DNA of 64,000 nucleotides from Trichosphaerium sp. ATCC 40318 (lineage: Eukaryota > Protista > Tubulinea): NCBI GenBank assembly GCA_038496445.1, contig JALMLS010000195.1:90706-154705 (forward strand). Direction: 5' to 3'. A program made the translations under genes and the position numbers. The notes beneath the pieces were generated by a model. That model did not search any database. It was not told the DNA's origin and worked only from the letters and a program-made list of their open reading frames with translations. Numbering within the stretch: the stretch's first letter is position 1; every line of letters begins with the position of its first letter. Shown here one piece after another: positions 13,212 through 27,279 of the stretch.

Positions 13212-16200
13212 ATGACAACCGTATTTATAAACGAACTTCACTACGAAGATAAGTGGGAGGACCAATTCGAAGGTATGTAACTTCTAAACGTTCATCTGTA
13301 AAGCCTCAAACAATTTTGAAAGGAGTCGAGATTGCTGGTCCCGCGGGTACTAATTTGACTGGCTGGTCGCTTGCGCTTTACAAAGGTATGTCTATCTAGC
13401 GCCAACTCCGATTTTGTATCTTTTTTTGTGTATGTTAAGATTCTTTCTTCAAGGTGATGGCACAATGTATAAACAAGTCGATGTGCATGGTTTGATAGCG
13501 AATTTGTCAGTACGGTTATTTTTTTTTTACCATCCAAAAAAAACATCACGTGATTTTTTGTTTTCAAACTCAAAAATTGTTATTTTAGAACGGTTTCGGG
13601 TGTGTGTTTGTGTATGTTCCTCATATTGATAACGGTAAGTGAGAAGATAATCTCCTTAAAAACTACAACTCTAACTCTTATGAAGGTGAACACGGTGGCG
13701 CTGGTATAGCGTTAATTGACGCTGATGGCACTGTCCGACAATTTTTAAGGTAACGAATAGAACATAAATCACGACAGTCGTTATTCTCACTTGTAATTAG
13801 CTATGAGGGTCAGTTTACAGCGAGCGATGGTAAATAAGATTTAGCTCATTCAAAACTCAACGTTTTCTTACCGGAAACTCAATAGGTCCTGCTTCTGGTA
13901 CTGAAAGTATTGATATCTCAGTATCAGAATCTGATCAGAGCAGTAACAAGAACTCCTTACAGCTACAGGGAAAAGGTCGTGTGTACGAAGACTTTGAATG
14001 GGTACGTGTCTATTAACAAACCCTTTGTTCCTTACAACACATAGCATGGTCCTGTAAAGAGTTCTCCTGGTGCTATCAACGCCGGTCAAGAGTTTGGTAT
14101 GTCACTTTGTTAACTGAGCTGTGAAGCTAAATTAAGAGCAGAGGAAGTCAAAATTGAAGCGGGAGGTGTAGCTTTAGACATGAAAGTCCAAGAAAATAGA
14201 AAAAATCATCACACAGACTTGTATGAAACGCCTGTGATGCTATTACTGCGGTACACATATATACAATATATATATTACTAATTAAGCACATCTAGACGCG
14301 CTCAGGAGTTTGACGTTGAGTTTACTACGGACAAACGTAATTTTTTTTAAACAATTGTTGATGAGATTCTTTTCTTATAACCTGTACAGCAAGCGACTCC
14401 AAGATATCGATTGAGTTATCAGTATTCCCTGAGGAAGAGAAGATAACGTTTGATGTCTTGCAAGAAAGACCATCACGTGATTCAAACAAGTGGGAGGCAT
14501 ACATATGGACGAAAAAAGAAAATGGATTTTCGATGAGAATAAGGTTTGTTCCTTTTGAAACTTTTTCCTCCAGCACTTTCAGCCCTTTCTATTTTGGGAT
14601 TTTTGCTCAAATTTCTTGATTCTATTTTGCGGAGGGTTAATAAATATGAAGGATACCTGCGAATGCAATTGTTGGACAGTACACAATGAAAATTACTTTC
14701 GAAGGAGAAGAGCCAATAGCATATCCTCATCCAGTAATTGTTTTGTTCAACCCTTGGAGCGAAAAAGATGATGTTTACATAAGAAATGATAGAGATAGAA
14801 CAGAGTATGTAACAAACTATGAGGGGGCTATTTGGGTACGTAAAAACAACACTGAAGACAAGAAAAAGCCAAACAGAATTAACTATTTTTTTACCATTTG
14901 TCCATTGTTTTTGTTTTGCTTGTTTTGTTGTATTACCACCTCTTTTAGAAAGGTAGCGCATTGCTCGCAACTCGACTAGCATGGGATTATGCTATCTATG
15001 AAGAGAAGTCTCTTTTGGCTTGTCTACAGCTGGTTACAATGTTGCCAGTACGGTTTTTTTTATTTACTGTAATGACGTATGAAGCTTATATTGTTTTGTA
15101 GTTAGATACAAGGTCTGACGCAGTTCTTTTTTCAAGAGCTTTGAGCGCACTTGTAAATTCTCAAGATGAAGGCGGTATCTTGGTGGGAAACTGGAGTGGT
15201 ACCGTTTGTTTTTAACTTGATTTTCTGCCAAAATAACCAACGAGGTTTTTGTTTGATTGATTGTCTATTTAGGAAACTACGAAGGTGGAGAGAAACCAAG
15301 TTCTTGGACAGGATCAGGTCCTATCTTAGAGCAATTCTATGTTACTGAAAATCCAGTAAAATACGGTCAATGCTGGGTGTTTGGTAAGTAGTCTTGTTTA
15401 GCTGGTTTTTTTTCTAACTCTTCTTCAGCTTGCGTTTTATGCTCCGTTTGTAGAATACTTGGTATCCCTTGTCGTTCCTTGACGAATTTCAACTCAGGTA
15501 CGGTTTTGTTTTAATATGTCATCGTAGATCACGTGATATAAGGCAACTTTTTGTTTATTCTGTTTTGTTTATGTTAGCCCACGACACATCTTTTGACAGA
15601 GGCATTGAGTTGTATTTCTACAGAGACGATGATGGAGAACTCATTAAAGATCATGCTGTAACTTCAGATTCCATTTGGTACCACATCATAAAACCCTTTA
15701 TTCTTTATTAGAGTATTGCCTTTGTAATCGATTAACCTATCTTCTTAGGAACTTCCATTGCTGGAATGAAGTATGGTATGTTTGTTGATTTTCTCAGCTT
15801 CACTTTACTAACGCTATTGATAGGCTTGCAAGGAGAGACTTACCACCTGGATATGGTTCTATTTATACTTCTTATTTACTTTGTTGCTAATCTAAGGTCT
15901 GTAGGTGGTTGGCAAGCACTTGATTCTACACCTCAAGTACGCTTGTTATTTTTTACTATTTACTAAGCAATACAAAGGAATTGAGTGGTGGTATATATCA
16001 AACTGGACCTTGTCCGGTTTCGGCTATTAAGGCAGGATCTAAGAGCAAAGCAATTAAATATGATCTTGACTTTATTTATGCTGAAGTTAACGCTGATATA
16101 AAGTAAGTTGACTTGATAAGATGCTTGTCAAGAAGGATTAAAAGCAATTTCGTTCAACATTTCTAACTGTTATATTTTTTAGACACTTTGCACGTGATGA

Positions 16201-17722
16201 AGAGAGTGGGGAATATGAATTAATTAAAGTAAATACTAAACATGTTGGCGCAGAAATAGTTACAAAGGTACACTTGGCTTTATTAATCACATGCGAAAAC
16301 AATTTCGTTATTTTGTTTTTTTCTTTGATGTGAAATGAGTAGTTTCACTTGGCAGTATTCCTGTGTTCGCAAGAGACTATCCTATTTACCACACCAGATC
16401 TCTCTGCTTGATAGCTTGTTAACTTGTTTCTAGGCAGTTAACTCTATGCTAAAGAGATACATTACAGGAGGTTACAAGCATTTTGAAGGAACTGCAGCGG
16501 AACGTGCAGTACACCAAGCACCATCAGGTATTTAAAACCAGGTGTCTTTTAAACTGGTTGCTCATAACAATTGTAGAAGCACTCAAGCTTGAAATGTCTG
16601 TTGAACCAGAACAGGTAAGCAAATATCAAGATACTTCTATTGTTATGAGGAGGTCTAGATTACAGCTATGCTAAAATGCAGTCTTGACCACTTACGCACA
16701 TTGTTACTTTTTTGGCGTTCAAAAGAAAAACGAAAAAGTTGAAAACCCAAACAGTTTTTTGTTTATGTAGTTTTAATTCAACATCTAAAACGAATGTTTT
16801 AGGCTCGTGTTGGCGATGACTTTGAAGTTACTATAACTGTAACAAGACTTAAAGGTGCCGGTTATACTCCAGATAGGAATGCTTCACTCATGTGCGTTTT
16901 TAAAACTGTTTTTTTTTTGTGCTTAAACTTTGTAATTATCACTTAGGTTTGTTGCTTATGCGCTGTTCTATACTGGAGAACCAAGAGATAAATTTAAGTC
17001 CAAGACTGTTAGAAAATTCACTGTCCTTGGATCAGGTGAACCTGCAGAATTTAAGATTAAAATATCTCAGCGGAATTACCTACCTCTTCTTGATGATGTA
17101 AGTATCTTATAATTTTCTACTTTTTGATGTTTTCTTAACTCTGAAATTAGGATCACTATATGAAGTTTTCATCATATGTACTCATAGATGATACGAAAGA
17201 GACCGCCATCAATGAACTTAACTATGATTTACTCGATCCTGAAGTAAATATGGACGTTGATGGTGACTTAAAAGAAGGTGAAGAAAAAGTGGTTAAGGCA
17301 AGAACGAACGGTCTTTTTTTTACAAGAAACTAACCTGTTTATTTAACATAACAGGTATCCTTTAAGAACCCAATAAGTAAAGATCTAACAGATATGACTT
17401 TACATGTTGAGGGAGCAGGTCTTATTCATAGGGAGAAGTTCAAGGTAACTCAATCATATCGCTCCAAAACCGAGAAAAAATTAAGAAATAACTCATTACT
17501 CTATTGTAGATTGGTACTTTAGCCAGTGGAGCTACAATGGAACAAGATGTTACAATCAAGGGATTACATACAGGTAATCACATACTAGTAGCGACAATAA
17601 ACTGTAACGTACGTCGAAACGAAAAAAAAAACTGGAAACTTTTTTTTTGATTTATTGGTTTATAACTTTTGGTGTAGGAATTGGCGCCAATCCATGGTGA
17701 GCAAGATGTATCTGTGATATAA
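13212..17722 (+). CDS. Animal-type transglutaminase with N-terminal bacterial-type lamin-tail-like domain
   Basis: Catalytic triad motifs YGQCWVF, NFHCWNEVW and GWQALDSTPQ, plus NHHTD, LFNPW and C-terminal barrels (FKNP). N-terminus VFINELHY…GVEIAGPAGTNLTGWSLALY…QFLSYEG splices in frame. Confidence 0.9.
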
Positions 17723-18157
17723 AATGATTTACATGCGGAATTGTCATAAGGGATTAAAAAAATAGAAACACAGTATTACAGCTGGAACGAAGAAAAAACC
17801 AAATAAAACTTTACATTCTTGTACCCTCCTTCATATTAACTTAGCATGCCCTAAACTACAAAGAATTTAACGAGCAAATGCATTATAGCCGTTAGCCGTC
17901 ACGTGTTCTCTGGTACCAATGGCTGCAAGCACGCTCATACTATTTTTTTACAGACGCTCAAATTGCTGCAGCAATTTAGCTTCTTTTTTTGAGGTATGCG
18001 CTACACCAGGTGCTCTTCAATCCTTTGTAATCAGTGGACTGTATACTGTGTTTATAGTTCGTTGGAGATGTCATTAGAGTATTTTCTTTGAAATAAATTA
18101 TAAACATTTGTTAACAACTTGACGCAATAACAAGGAAAAAAAATGGATCATTTGTAT

Positions 18158-20345
18158 TTATATTACAGGCACAACATAGATAATGAGACAAAGAAAGCAT
18201 ATAGTAAACACAGTCATAAAGACACACCACTCAATAAATGATGCATACTTGGGGCAAGCACCTAAGGAGAAACATCTTTAGCAAGACTAACAAACAACAT
18301 CAATGACAAATTGTACCTTGTCTGCGATGTTTCTTTTTGATTGATCTTGCAAAATCCTTCAAAAAAAAAAATTAGCCAAATGACAAAGCATAAAGAATAC
18401 AATTTTTAGACATACCTCTGGCTTTTCTTCTTCTTCCTTTTGATCATTAAATTTCTGAGTCTCTGACTTTAAAAATCTTTCAAGCCTTTGAGTATACTTT
18501 CTACTGAAAATATCGAAATAGTAGCAAGCACCTAAAGAAACCCTTGTAAGAAAGAAAAAAAATCTATCAATCTCCAAACAACCGAAATATACGTACCACT
18601 CCAACACGAGAAAAAGAAGATAAATAGAACATAGACAACATTAAACCAACGGTACTCATAAGCGAACTTGGCTGGGATCAAGAATATTATAGTATACACA
18701 TATTGAAACCCTGAAAAAAGCAAGAAGAGCGTCAGTAAACAAAGCACATCTCACTCCTCAAAAAAAAAATTCAAAAAAAATACTTGCCTACGAGTAATAC
18801 CAATGGAGGTACATTCACTCCACGCTTGTGGAAAAAGTTGTAAATAAAGTGAGGCTGAATTTCAGACATCCAGATTTTAGAGGTGACCAAGTACTTGTCT
18901 TGTTTAATTTTACTCCTATCTAATAGCTCTGTTCTGATCAAGTAAAATATCTAAAACAGCAAAAAACGCCAAGAGTCAGCCTTCATTTAAGAATTTTTGA
19001 AGAAATTTGAACAAAAAGCTCTAAAAGCCAACAAAATGTATCCATATCGTTTACGCACCTGCCAAAAGCTGTATACAACGAGCGGGATTACCAAAAAATC
19101 TTTAAATGAGATATGCTCGTCTTCTGGCTGATTAAACAGCTCAGGGTTCTTCCAACGCAAGCAATAGCTAACTATTAATTATTAGAACGGCAATTGGTCA
19201 GTTTAAACATGAATCCAAAAGAGGACTTACCACAAGGAGGAAACATATGTATAAATAAAGTTGTTACTTTGTCTAAATCATGGAATACTAAACTATTACG
19301 CCATGCGACAACTGCAAAACCAAGAGGGCCAGTTCTAAGCAAAATTAAAAAAGTCAGAAATTTTGAACATCCATTCTGAATAAGTGAACATCTGTTGATG
19401 GTTTTGAAAACTATTTTCGGGCTAGATTCTCGCCGTGAACGTACGATAATGAGAATATCAGTTTAAAGTATTTAATATCATTCCAAAACCCGAGAAAGTA
19501 TATGAGGTAAACGAATTGGCAAAAGTAGCAGTAATCTAGCAAGAAGTAGTGAAACTTCAAGCCATGGTAGTGAAAGAAGCGCCAAAGTATAAGCTAGAAT
19601 CGAGTAAACGAAGGACATTTCGCACGAAAAATACAAAAAACGTACTGGAATCATAGAAAATATGTAAAACCAGTGTATGAACTGTGGTGCTGCCAAGATA
19701 AAGTATTGAGTGCCTAAAACAAGGCGTTTCAGCATTGAGAAAAATAAAAAAAAGACAAATCTGGCATTTCTTCGTTTACTTACCTAGTAGAAGTGCAATA
19801 CCCGCCATGAACGCTCTATAGTGAGTTAACCACGTATACAGAAGTACGGAAAAACTTTCGTCATACATTTTATCAATGGTTCTAATAAACGGAGGTGATT
19901 TTAGTTTTGCTCTCGATTTGTCTAGGAACTTTTGAAGGTCTTCACGCGATTTGCTGGTTCTTATTTTCACCAAGTCTCTTCCTTTTTTAATATTTCCCTG
20001 TAAATGCGAATTAGCGTATTTCAGCGCGTGGAGGATAAGATCCGAGCATTAATAGAGCTAACAATTGCTTAAAAAAGATCCATACCATTATGCTTTGGCC
20101 TACTTCTTTCCAGTTGTTCAGGTCTGTTCCTTTCTGTAGTTGTAGCCTGCGCGCGGCTTATTAGCGTTCAACGATGAATTTCTGTCGTACGTTGCCCAAG
20201 TACTCGTAAACTCTTGAAAAAACGCTGCCTTCTGGTTAGGGCCTGGAACCCAGTCATCGTATTCGAAATTCAAACCGTCAAAGTTATGATTATCTCCCTC
20301 TGAGGCATACTCATCAGCGTCGCTGGAAGGACGTTCTGTCGCCAT
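18158..20345 (-). CDS. GPC1: Glycerophosphocholine acyltransferase (DUF2838 family)
   Basis: Spliced motifs YFLLDYCYFAN, AWRNSLVFHDLDKVTTLFIH, GACYYFDIFSRKY; multiple TM segments. Confidence 0.85.
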
Positions 20346-20820
20346 GCTACGTGGTCAGTCCAACTTGCTGGTTGAAAATGAAAGAAGTCAGACACGTTCT
20401 TTCAGCAATAGTCATGACAGCTGTTTTAATGCTTAATTAGAGCGAGTTGCTTTTTTCAAAGACTGTTTAGTGTAGTAATCTACTTATTACAAGGCGTATG
20501 AGCGCCAGTAGAAATTGTCTTGCCAAAACCGTTAGATAACTGAAAAAAAAGTGTGAAAACGCCTCATTTGGATTGATTGCGTTGTACCATGGTTATAGTG
20601 ATCGAAAAGGGGTAGAAGTGGCTGTTGGAGGCTCCAAGCGCCGTAGAAACGCTCACAAGTTGGTAAAACGTATTAGAGTGGAAATAATGCGCTTCTTGGG
20701 ACGAATTCATTTTGTGCGGTGCATTCCCAAAAAGATTAAAAAAACAGTCAAGTTTGTGATTTTCGCGATAATGATCAGAAAAAGAGTACGATAATTACAT
20801 CCTCGCGTGTTGCGCACGCA

Positions 20821-23668
20821 ATGAATTTTATTCTCCTCATATTGATCTCGTTGGCGCTTATTAACGAAGCCCAATCAACAATATGTACAAATGCTACATG
20901 CGAGTATACCTTTGTTATAAGCAACCGCCTAACCATGGTACTAATTAAACAGTGTTTCCCTACGCGTAATATTAAAAAACGTTAGTCTACAAAAAACCTT
21001 CCCAACTCAAACGGAGTGTATGTATACGTAAAAGACGGTTCATACTATTATCTTGATGGAACAGTACAGTGAAAACAAGGTTCATAACCCGAGCTAACAT
21101 TACCTTTTTAGAAGGAAGTAAAGCTGCCAGATGATAAGGTTGACGAAATCATAGATACTGATGGTTTCTGGCGCATGGTTACAGTAGTAAATGGGCAATT
21201 ACCTGGACCTGCGATAGAAGTAATGGAGGGCGCTGAAATAGTAGTACACGTGGAGAATAGACTAGAAAATGAAGCCACTACTATGCATTGGCATGGCATG
21301 TTCCAGAGAGGTACACCATGGATGGATGGTGTCTCTCAGATTACACAGTGTGGTATATTACCAGCTACTTCGTTTACATACCGATTCAAAGCAGAACCGG
21401 CAGGTACACAAATTATTATTTTATCTCCATTGGTCGTTTTGGTCAATTTTTTGAGTATCTTAGGAACACATTGGTATCATTCGCACCATGGTCTACAACG
21501 ATCTGAGGGTGTATTTGGAGCATTAATAATACATTCTAAGAAGCCTGATACTCTCCACGCCAAATATTGTAACGAGGAGAACGACTTTCATTTGGTATGC
21601 TAGTGTTTTTTGAAATGAGTTACAACCACGTGGTTGCTGTTTTTTTTTTGTTCTGACCTTTATAAGATATTGAATGATTGGTATCATCACTCTCAGGTAG
21701 ATATTATGCATAAGCGTATTGGTACTGGTTACCACCCAAATGGTCCAGATAAAGCGAGCACTCCGTGGACATTTGGTTTTGATGGAAAAATTACAGCTGA
21801 AGTACCTTTTCAGTCAGCCTTGATAAACGGCAAAGGACGTTTCAAGTAGGTTATAATTATGCCACAGATTTACTTATTATAAACAGCAACTCAGAGTATG
21901 ATTTATTGGACGGCTGTCCGTCAGTGAGAAAGAATAAAGTACTTACATAATACGAAACTTTCTAAAACTAATTGTGATCAAGATACAACTCACAACGTAT
22001 AATGTCAAACCAAACTCAGTCTACTGTTTCCGCGCGATTGGTGCTATGATGGAGAAGAATTTTGAGATATCTATAGATGGTCATCCAATCACGTGCGTGG
22101 TTAATTTAATCACGTGCAAACGTTAATTTTTTTGTTCGTAGTATTATAGCTTCAGATGGACATGAAGTCGAACCAATTACAGTGGATACCCTTCACTTGC
22201 ATGGAGGTGAGAGATATGATTTTGTAGTAGAGACAAAACCATCAACGCCTGGTGATGGTAATGTATGGATTCGTGCACAAACTACAGAGCATGCACCAGG
22301 TACTCAGAATCACCAAGGACTTGCTATTCTGCGGTATCAAGGTACAAAACATAAAACTCGTTCTGTATTTGTTTTTAAACTCTGTTTACTAGGCGCCCCA
22401 AACAAAGATCCTCAGTCATCGAGAACGCCTTGCACTGCCACCAAGAGATGTAAAAGCCTTAACTGCCCTTACCCTGCTTTTCCTACATCGTATTACAAGG
22501 ATTGTATTCATGTTGATGCGATGAGAAGCTATGAAAAGTCTTTTGTTCCAAACTTCCCTGAGCCTGATTTTGTTGAGTATTTTCTTAACTTTGTCTTTGA
22601 ACCACTCGGCGTTAATAGAAGAAGGTACGAGGTTGTTTTTGTATTCAAAAACGTGAAGCTATTGCGTGCATGTTGAGACTAAAACAAACCCTAGTTTCGT
22701 GGTCCCAAGTTCTCCACTATTAACTCAATTCGGAAATGGTACTACTCTATTTACTTGATGATTGGTTCTTTTTTTTTCCCTTTTTGGAACAAACTCGTGC
22801 CTCTTAGAAGAAATACTATTTATTTTTTGCACGTAAATTTGGACTAAGAATAATTATAGATACACACGTTCCTTGTGATGACACGAAATGTGATTACGAC
22901 TCATGTAGTTGTACACATTACCAAACAATAGAATACAATAAGACAGTACAATTGGTATTAACTAATTTTGGTCGACATGCTGCAGCAATGCACCCAGTGC
23001 ACCTTCATGGACACTCATTTTATGTTCTTCAAACAGGATTTCCAGACTTTGATCCCGTTACTGGTATGTCACAATTAGTGTTATGACCATTGTTTTAAAA
23101 CTGCATAGGAAGATTACTCAATAATATAACATCGAATATTGAGTGTATTAATGGCACTGTATGTGGTACGCAACAGAACAAACAAAAAAAATTGTTCGCA
23201 GTATCAAACTTTTTGTTGTTTATCGTGTTTAACACAATGTCTAGCCGTTCAGAAATGGAAACCTGGATACCCTAAAGACTTGAACCTAGAAAACGCCCCT
23301 CAAAAGGATACAGTCGTTGGTATGCAAATTTAAGAAGTACCAAAACAATAATTACTAACTTGGATTTTTAGTTGCACCAGGATCTTATGTTGTTGTTCGT
23401 TTTGTCTCTGACAATCCTGGTTGGTGGCATTTACATTGTCATATGACTCAACATCTTTACTATGGTCTTGGAATGATCTTAAACGAAGCACCTCAAGAGC
23501 AGAAGCTATTTCCACCACCTGCAGGGTACAAACACTTCAAAATAGCTTTTTTTTTGCTTCATTTCTTTATACATCTTTAGGTTCCCAACTTGTGGTAACT
23601 TTAAGACTGAAAGTATCTCTGATAGCAGAAAAATGTGGGAAAATCTCAAAGCAAAAAGGGCACCATAA
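20821..23668 (+). CDS. Secreted multicopper oxidase (laccase-like)
   Basis: Signal peptide and all four Cu-binding motifs: HWHG, WYHSH, HPVHLHGH, HCHMTQH. Confidence 0.95.
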
Positions 23669-23896
23669 TAAAATAAACTAACCTATTAAACATCACAATG
23701 GTTTAAACCAGGATCACCAATGCAAACAAAGCGTTAACATTACAAAATATATTTAAACCCTTTTTTTTTTGAACCTTCATCAAGAATATTATCTACAGGC
23801 ACTTGATTGTATATTCTTTGAGACAGACAGCAAAACCTTGCACGGCTTCCTGACTTGAAGGATACTGACTAAGCAATCGGAACATGTCATTAAGTC

Positions 23897-25096
23897 ATGT
23901 CTGTAGCAAATCGTTATGAGCTCTCCTCCACAGCGTACGACATTATGCTATCCGCCTCAGAGTGTTGTAAAAACGACAGTGTCACTGGTATAAGTTTGTT
24001 ACAGCTACCAACAGAGATATTAGCGCACATCTTGCGTCAAACGACCAAATCACGATTTAAAGCTTGTCAAACCTCTCGTTTCCTTGCTTCTATCGTTCAT
24101 GACGTTATCGGATACCATGCTGTTACGATTAAAACGCCAACTCAAGCAAAATTAGCATTAAAACATGCTGGCATTCTGAAACATACAACAATCACCCTCT
24201 TGGGTAACTTTTATGACAACATAATCAAGCAATTCGCTGGTGCTCATTCGATTTACCTTAAGTACACTTCAGTAACAGATGAAGGTGTCAAAGCTCTTGC
24301 TGGGGTCCATGATATTTACCTTAAGTATGCTTCAGTAACTGATGAAGGTGTCAAAGCACTTGCTGGAGTTCATATTATTAACCTCAGTAGTACTGCAGTA
24401 ACTGATGAGGGTATCAAAGCACTTGTTGGAGTACATGATATTAACCTTAGTGGCACTTCAATAACTGACGATGGTGTCATAGCACTTGCTGGAGTTCATA
24501 CTATTAACCTCCATAACACCCCAGTTACAGACAAGGGCGTCATAGCGCTTGCTGGCGTTCATGCTATTTGCCTTGATGATACTTCAATAACAGACATAAG
24601 TGCCAAAGCACTTGCTGGTGCCCACACTATTAGCCTCAGTAGAACTTCAGTAACTGATGAAGGTGTCACAGCACTTGCTGGATCTCATACTGTTTACCTC
24701 AATAAAACTTCAGTAACTGATAAAGGAATTAAAGCACTTGCTGGAGTACATACCATAGACCTCAGCAACACTTCAGTAACTGATGAAGGTGTTATAGCAC
24801 TTGCTGGAGTTCATACAATTTACCTCAGTCGCACTTCAATAACTGACAAGGGTGCCACAGCACTTGCTGGAGTTCATACAATTTACCTTGATAGAACTTC
24901 AGTAACAGATGTAGGTGTTAAAGCACTTGCTGGAGTTCATGAGATTCACCTTCAGAGCACTTCAGTAACAGACGAGGGAGTTAAAGCGCTTGTTGGAGTT
25001 TATACTATTAACCTCAATAGAACTTCAGTAACTAAAGAAGGTATTAAAGCACTTGCTGGAGCAAAAAATATATACTGCTCCCGCTTGGTCCGATAA
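23897..25096 (+). CDS. Intronless F-box + leucine-rich repeat protein
   Basis: LLQLPTEILAHIL F-box motif followed by 13 tandem 21-aa LRRs (ALAGVHxIxLxxTSVTDEGVK). Confidence 0.9.
   Translation: MSVANRYELSSTAYDIMLSASECCKNDSVTGISLLQLPTEILAHILRQTTKSRFKACQTSRFLASIVHDVIGYHAVTIKTPTQAKLALKHAGILKHTTITLLGNFYDNIIKQFAGAHSIYLKYTSVTDEGVKALAGVHDIYLKYASVTDEGVKALAGVHIINLSSTAVTDEGIKALVGVHDINLSGTSITDDGVIALAGVHTINLHNTPVTDKGVIALAGVHAICLDDTSITDISAKALAGAHTISLSRTSVTDEGVTALAGSHTVYLNKTSVTDKGIKALAGVHTIDLSNTSVTDEGVIALAGVHTIYLSRTSITDKGATALAGVHTIYLDRTSVTDVGVKALAGVHEIHLQSTSVTDEGVKALVGVYTINLNRTSVTKEGIKALAGAKNIYCSRLVR
24230..25070 (+). repeat. 63-bp coding tandem repeat array (LRR units)
   Basis: Recurring gcacttgctggagttcat…acttcagtaactgatgaaggtgt at a 63-nt period. 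Confidence 0.9.
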
Positions 25097-25343
25097 AAGA
25101 ATTGTTAAACTGTACAGTAGCGAAGTTGTGATCTAGACAATACTAAATAAAGTTCTTTCAGACGAGCTTTAAGGTTCTCAAAAAGAAACCGTTTGGTGTT
25201 GTACATTTCAGTCAAGCTTGTTGTACTGCTTTCAAAATCAGAGTGGCACTTATTTAAGATATTTAGACGACTTCAATGGTTTAGGTATCACGTGGTGGCA
25301 GTCAACTTTGTTCATTTTGATCATTTTCAGTCCTTCCAACGTC

Positions 25344-27279
25344 ATGAAAGCAGTTATAGAATCAATATCAGAGAACAAGTACATTCACTGGTACTGTAAA
25401 AGCTGAAACGAATGCGTTAGTTCACTAAAATTATTTGCTGAAGGTTCCTTGCTGAGATGTTAGGCACATTTGTTATCGTGTTTATTGGTATTGGCAGCGT
25501 ACGTTGTTCTACATGACAAGAAATGGCGCACTTCGCAAAACTACAAGGAGTATTAGACGAGCACGTGCACGTGATAACTAATCACTCAAGCGCTAAAAGA
25601 AATGGCGTCTCTTCTGTCAATCCTATTTTTTTACGGTTTATTGCGTGTTTATTAGTCTAGGTTACTGTAGATGTAACAATGAGCACTTATCAAGGCAAGA
25701 AATTATTGTGCTTGAATGGTTGAAGTAAATTTCTTGTTTTAGGACTGTGGCAAGTACGCCTTTACTGTTTGTATGTTGAATTGGTATCCCAACACAATAA
25801 GTAGATTGCTTCAATTTGGGGATTTGGCATCGCTCTTGCAATTTTTGTTTCGGACAGTGTCTCAGGTGAGTAAAAAAAAAACCAGAATACTGTGATGTTC
25901 TAAGTGTATGCTTTTAACAGGGGCCCACGTAAGTTAGGATCAACTCAAAACGTGTATGAGCTTAATTTTGGTGTAATAGTTAAATCCTGCTGTTACTATC
26001 GCATTTTATTTGTATCGTAAAAAAGAAATGAAGTTAACTTGGCACGTCACTTTCAAAACTCGCTTGCAACTTTTTTTTTTGGTCTTATATTTTTAAAGGT
26101 ACAAAGTACTGTTATACATTGCAGCTCAGTTTGTTGGTGCATTCATAGCTGGAGCTACAATATACGGTACTTTGAGGTTGTCAAGTACTAGAGCTTAATC
26201 ACAATGCTACAGGTTGTTTCCGTAGATTTTTACAAAATTTCGAGAAACAACAAGGACTTGTACGTGGTCAACCAGGTACTTTCACACCCATTCGTTTATA
26301 TGCTCAATATACTCACTAACACAAAATCTATTTCAGGAAGTCAAATATCAGCAATGTGTTTTGGGTGTTATGTACGGGAAACAACAAATTTTTGTCAAGT
26401 GAGGTTTTTACATTTAGAAATAGTTCCCGAATCCTGGTATTTTTGGTGTCGAACGTGCGTATTGAGATGCATTCTATAGGCTATAATGTATATTATAAAC
26501 ATTTATTTAGATAATTTCTTGATAAACTCAATTGAGGCTTTTGCAATTGAAGCTCTGGGAACAGGTTTTCTGGTACTTGTCATTTTTACACTCACAGATA
26601 AACGCAATAAAACGCTTCCCAAAACTGCAAAAGGTACGCCAAGTGTATTAAACAATTTCTCGTTATAATCGAACACATAATAGCACTAGCACCATTCTTC
26701 ATCGGATTCACAGTATCTGTCTTGATCAGGTATGTGTTTAATTTAACAGTTGGAAAACAAGAATAAAATAAGAAATAAGTTCTAACCTTTTCCGGGCAGT
26801 TTGTTTGCTCCTTTGACTCAAGCGAGTTACAATCCTGCACGTGATTTTGGTCCAAGACTTGTTGCGTTGATTGGTATGTTGAAGTTAGCCATAATTAAGC
26901 ATTCAAGGCATACAATAACTAATTTCTATGCAGCTGGTTGGGGTAAAATTGCTATTCCAGGACCTCGCAATGGCTTCTGGTTGTACCTCATTGGTACTTT
27001 GTTTCTTTTTTATTCAACTAGTTAATTGTATGTGTAGCTCCTTTTTTAGGGTCTGTCATAGCAGGTGCCATGTACGAGTTTGTATTCGGGTATGTTTCTC
27101 ATTTCCTATGATATTTTGCTTTGTTGGAAAACACCATACTTACATGTTGTGTTAGGCTGTCCTTCAGAGTCAAGAAGAGTAACGACGGTAATTCTTGTCA
27201 TGTACTTAGCACTCCTCATGGAGATATAACATGTACGACTGCATCTAACGATAATGGAATAAAAGATATCGATTTGTAA
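25344..27279 (+). CDS. Aquaglyceroporin (MIP), copy 1; ~15 exons
   Basis: [19 protein letters not shown] and [10 protein letters not shown] (Asp after the second NPA indicates GlpF type). Includes 8- and 11-nt microexons. Confidence 0.95.

Noticed and set aside
24230-25070. Regularly spaced repeats resembling a CRISPR array
   Set aside because: They are in-frame 63-bp LRR coding units with no unique spacers or cas genes, in a eukaryotic context.
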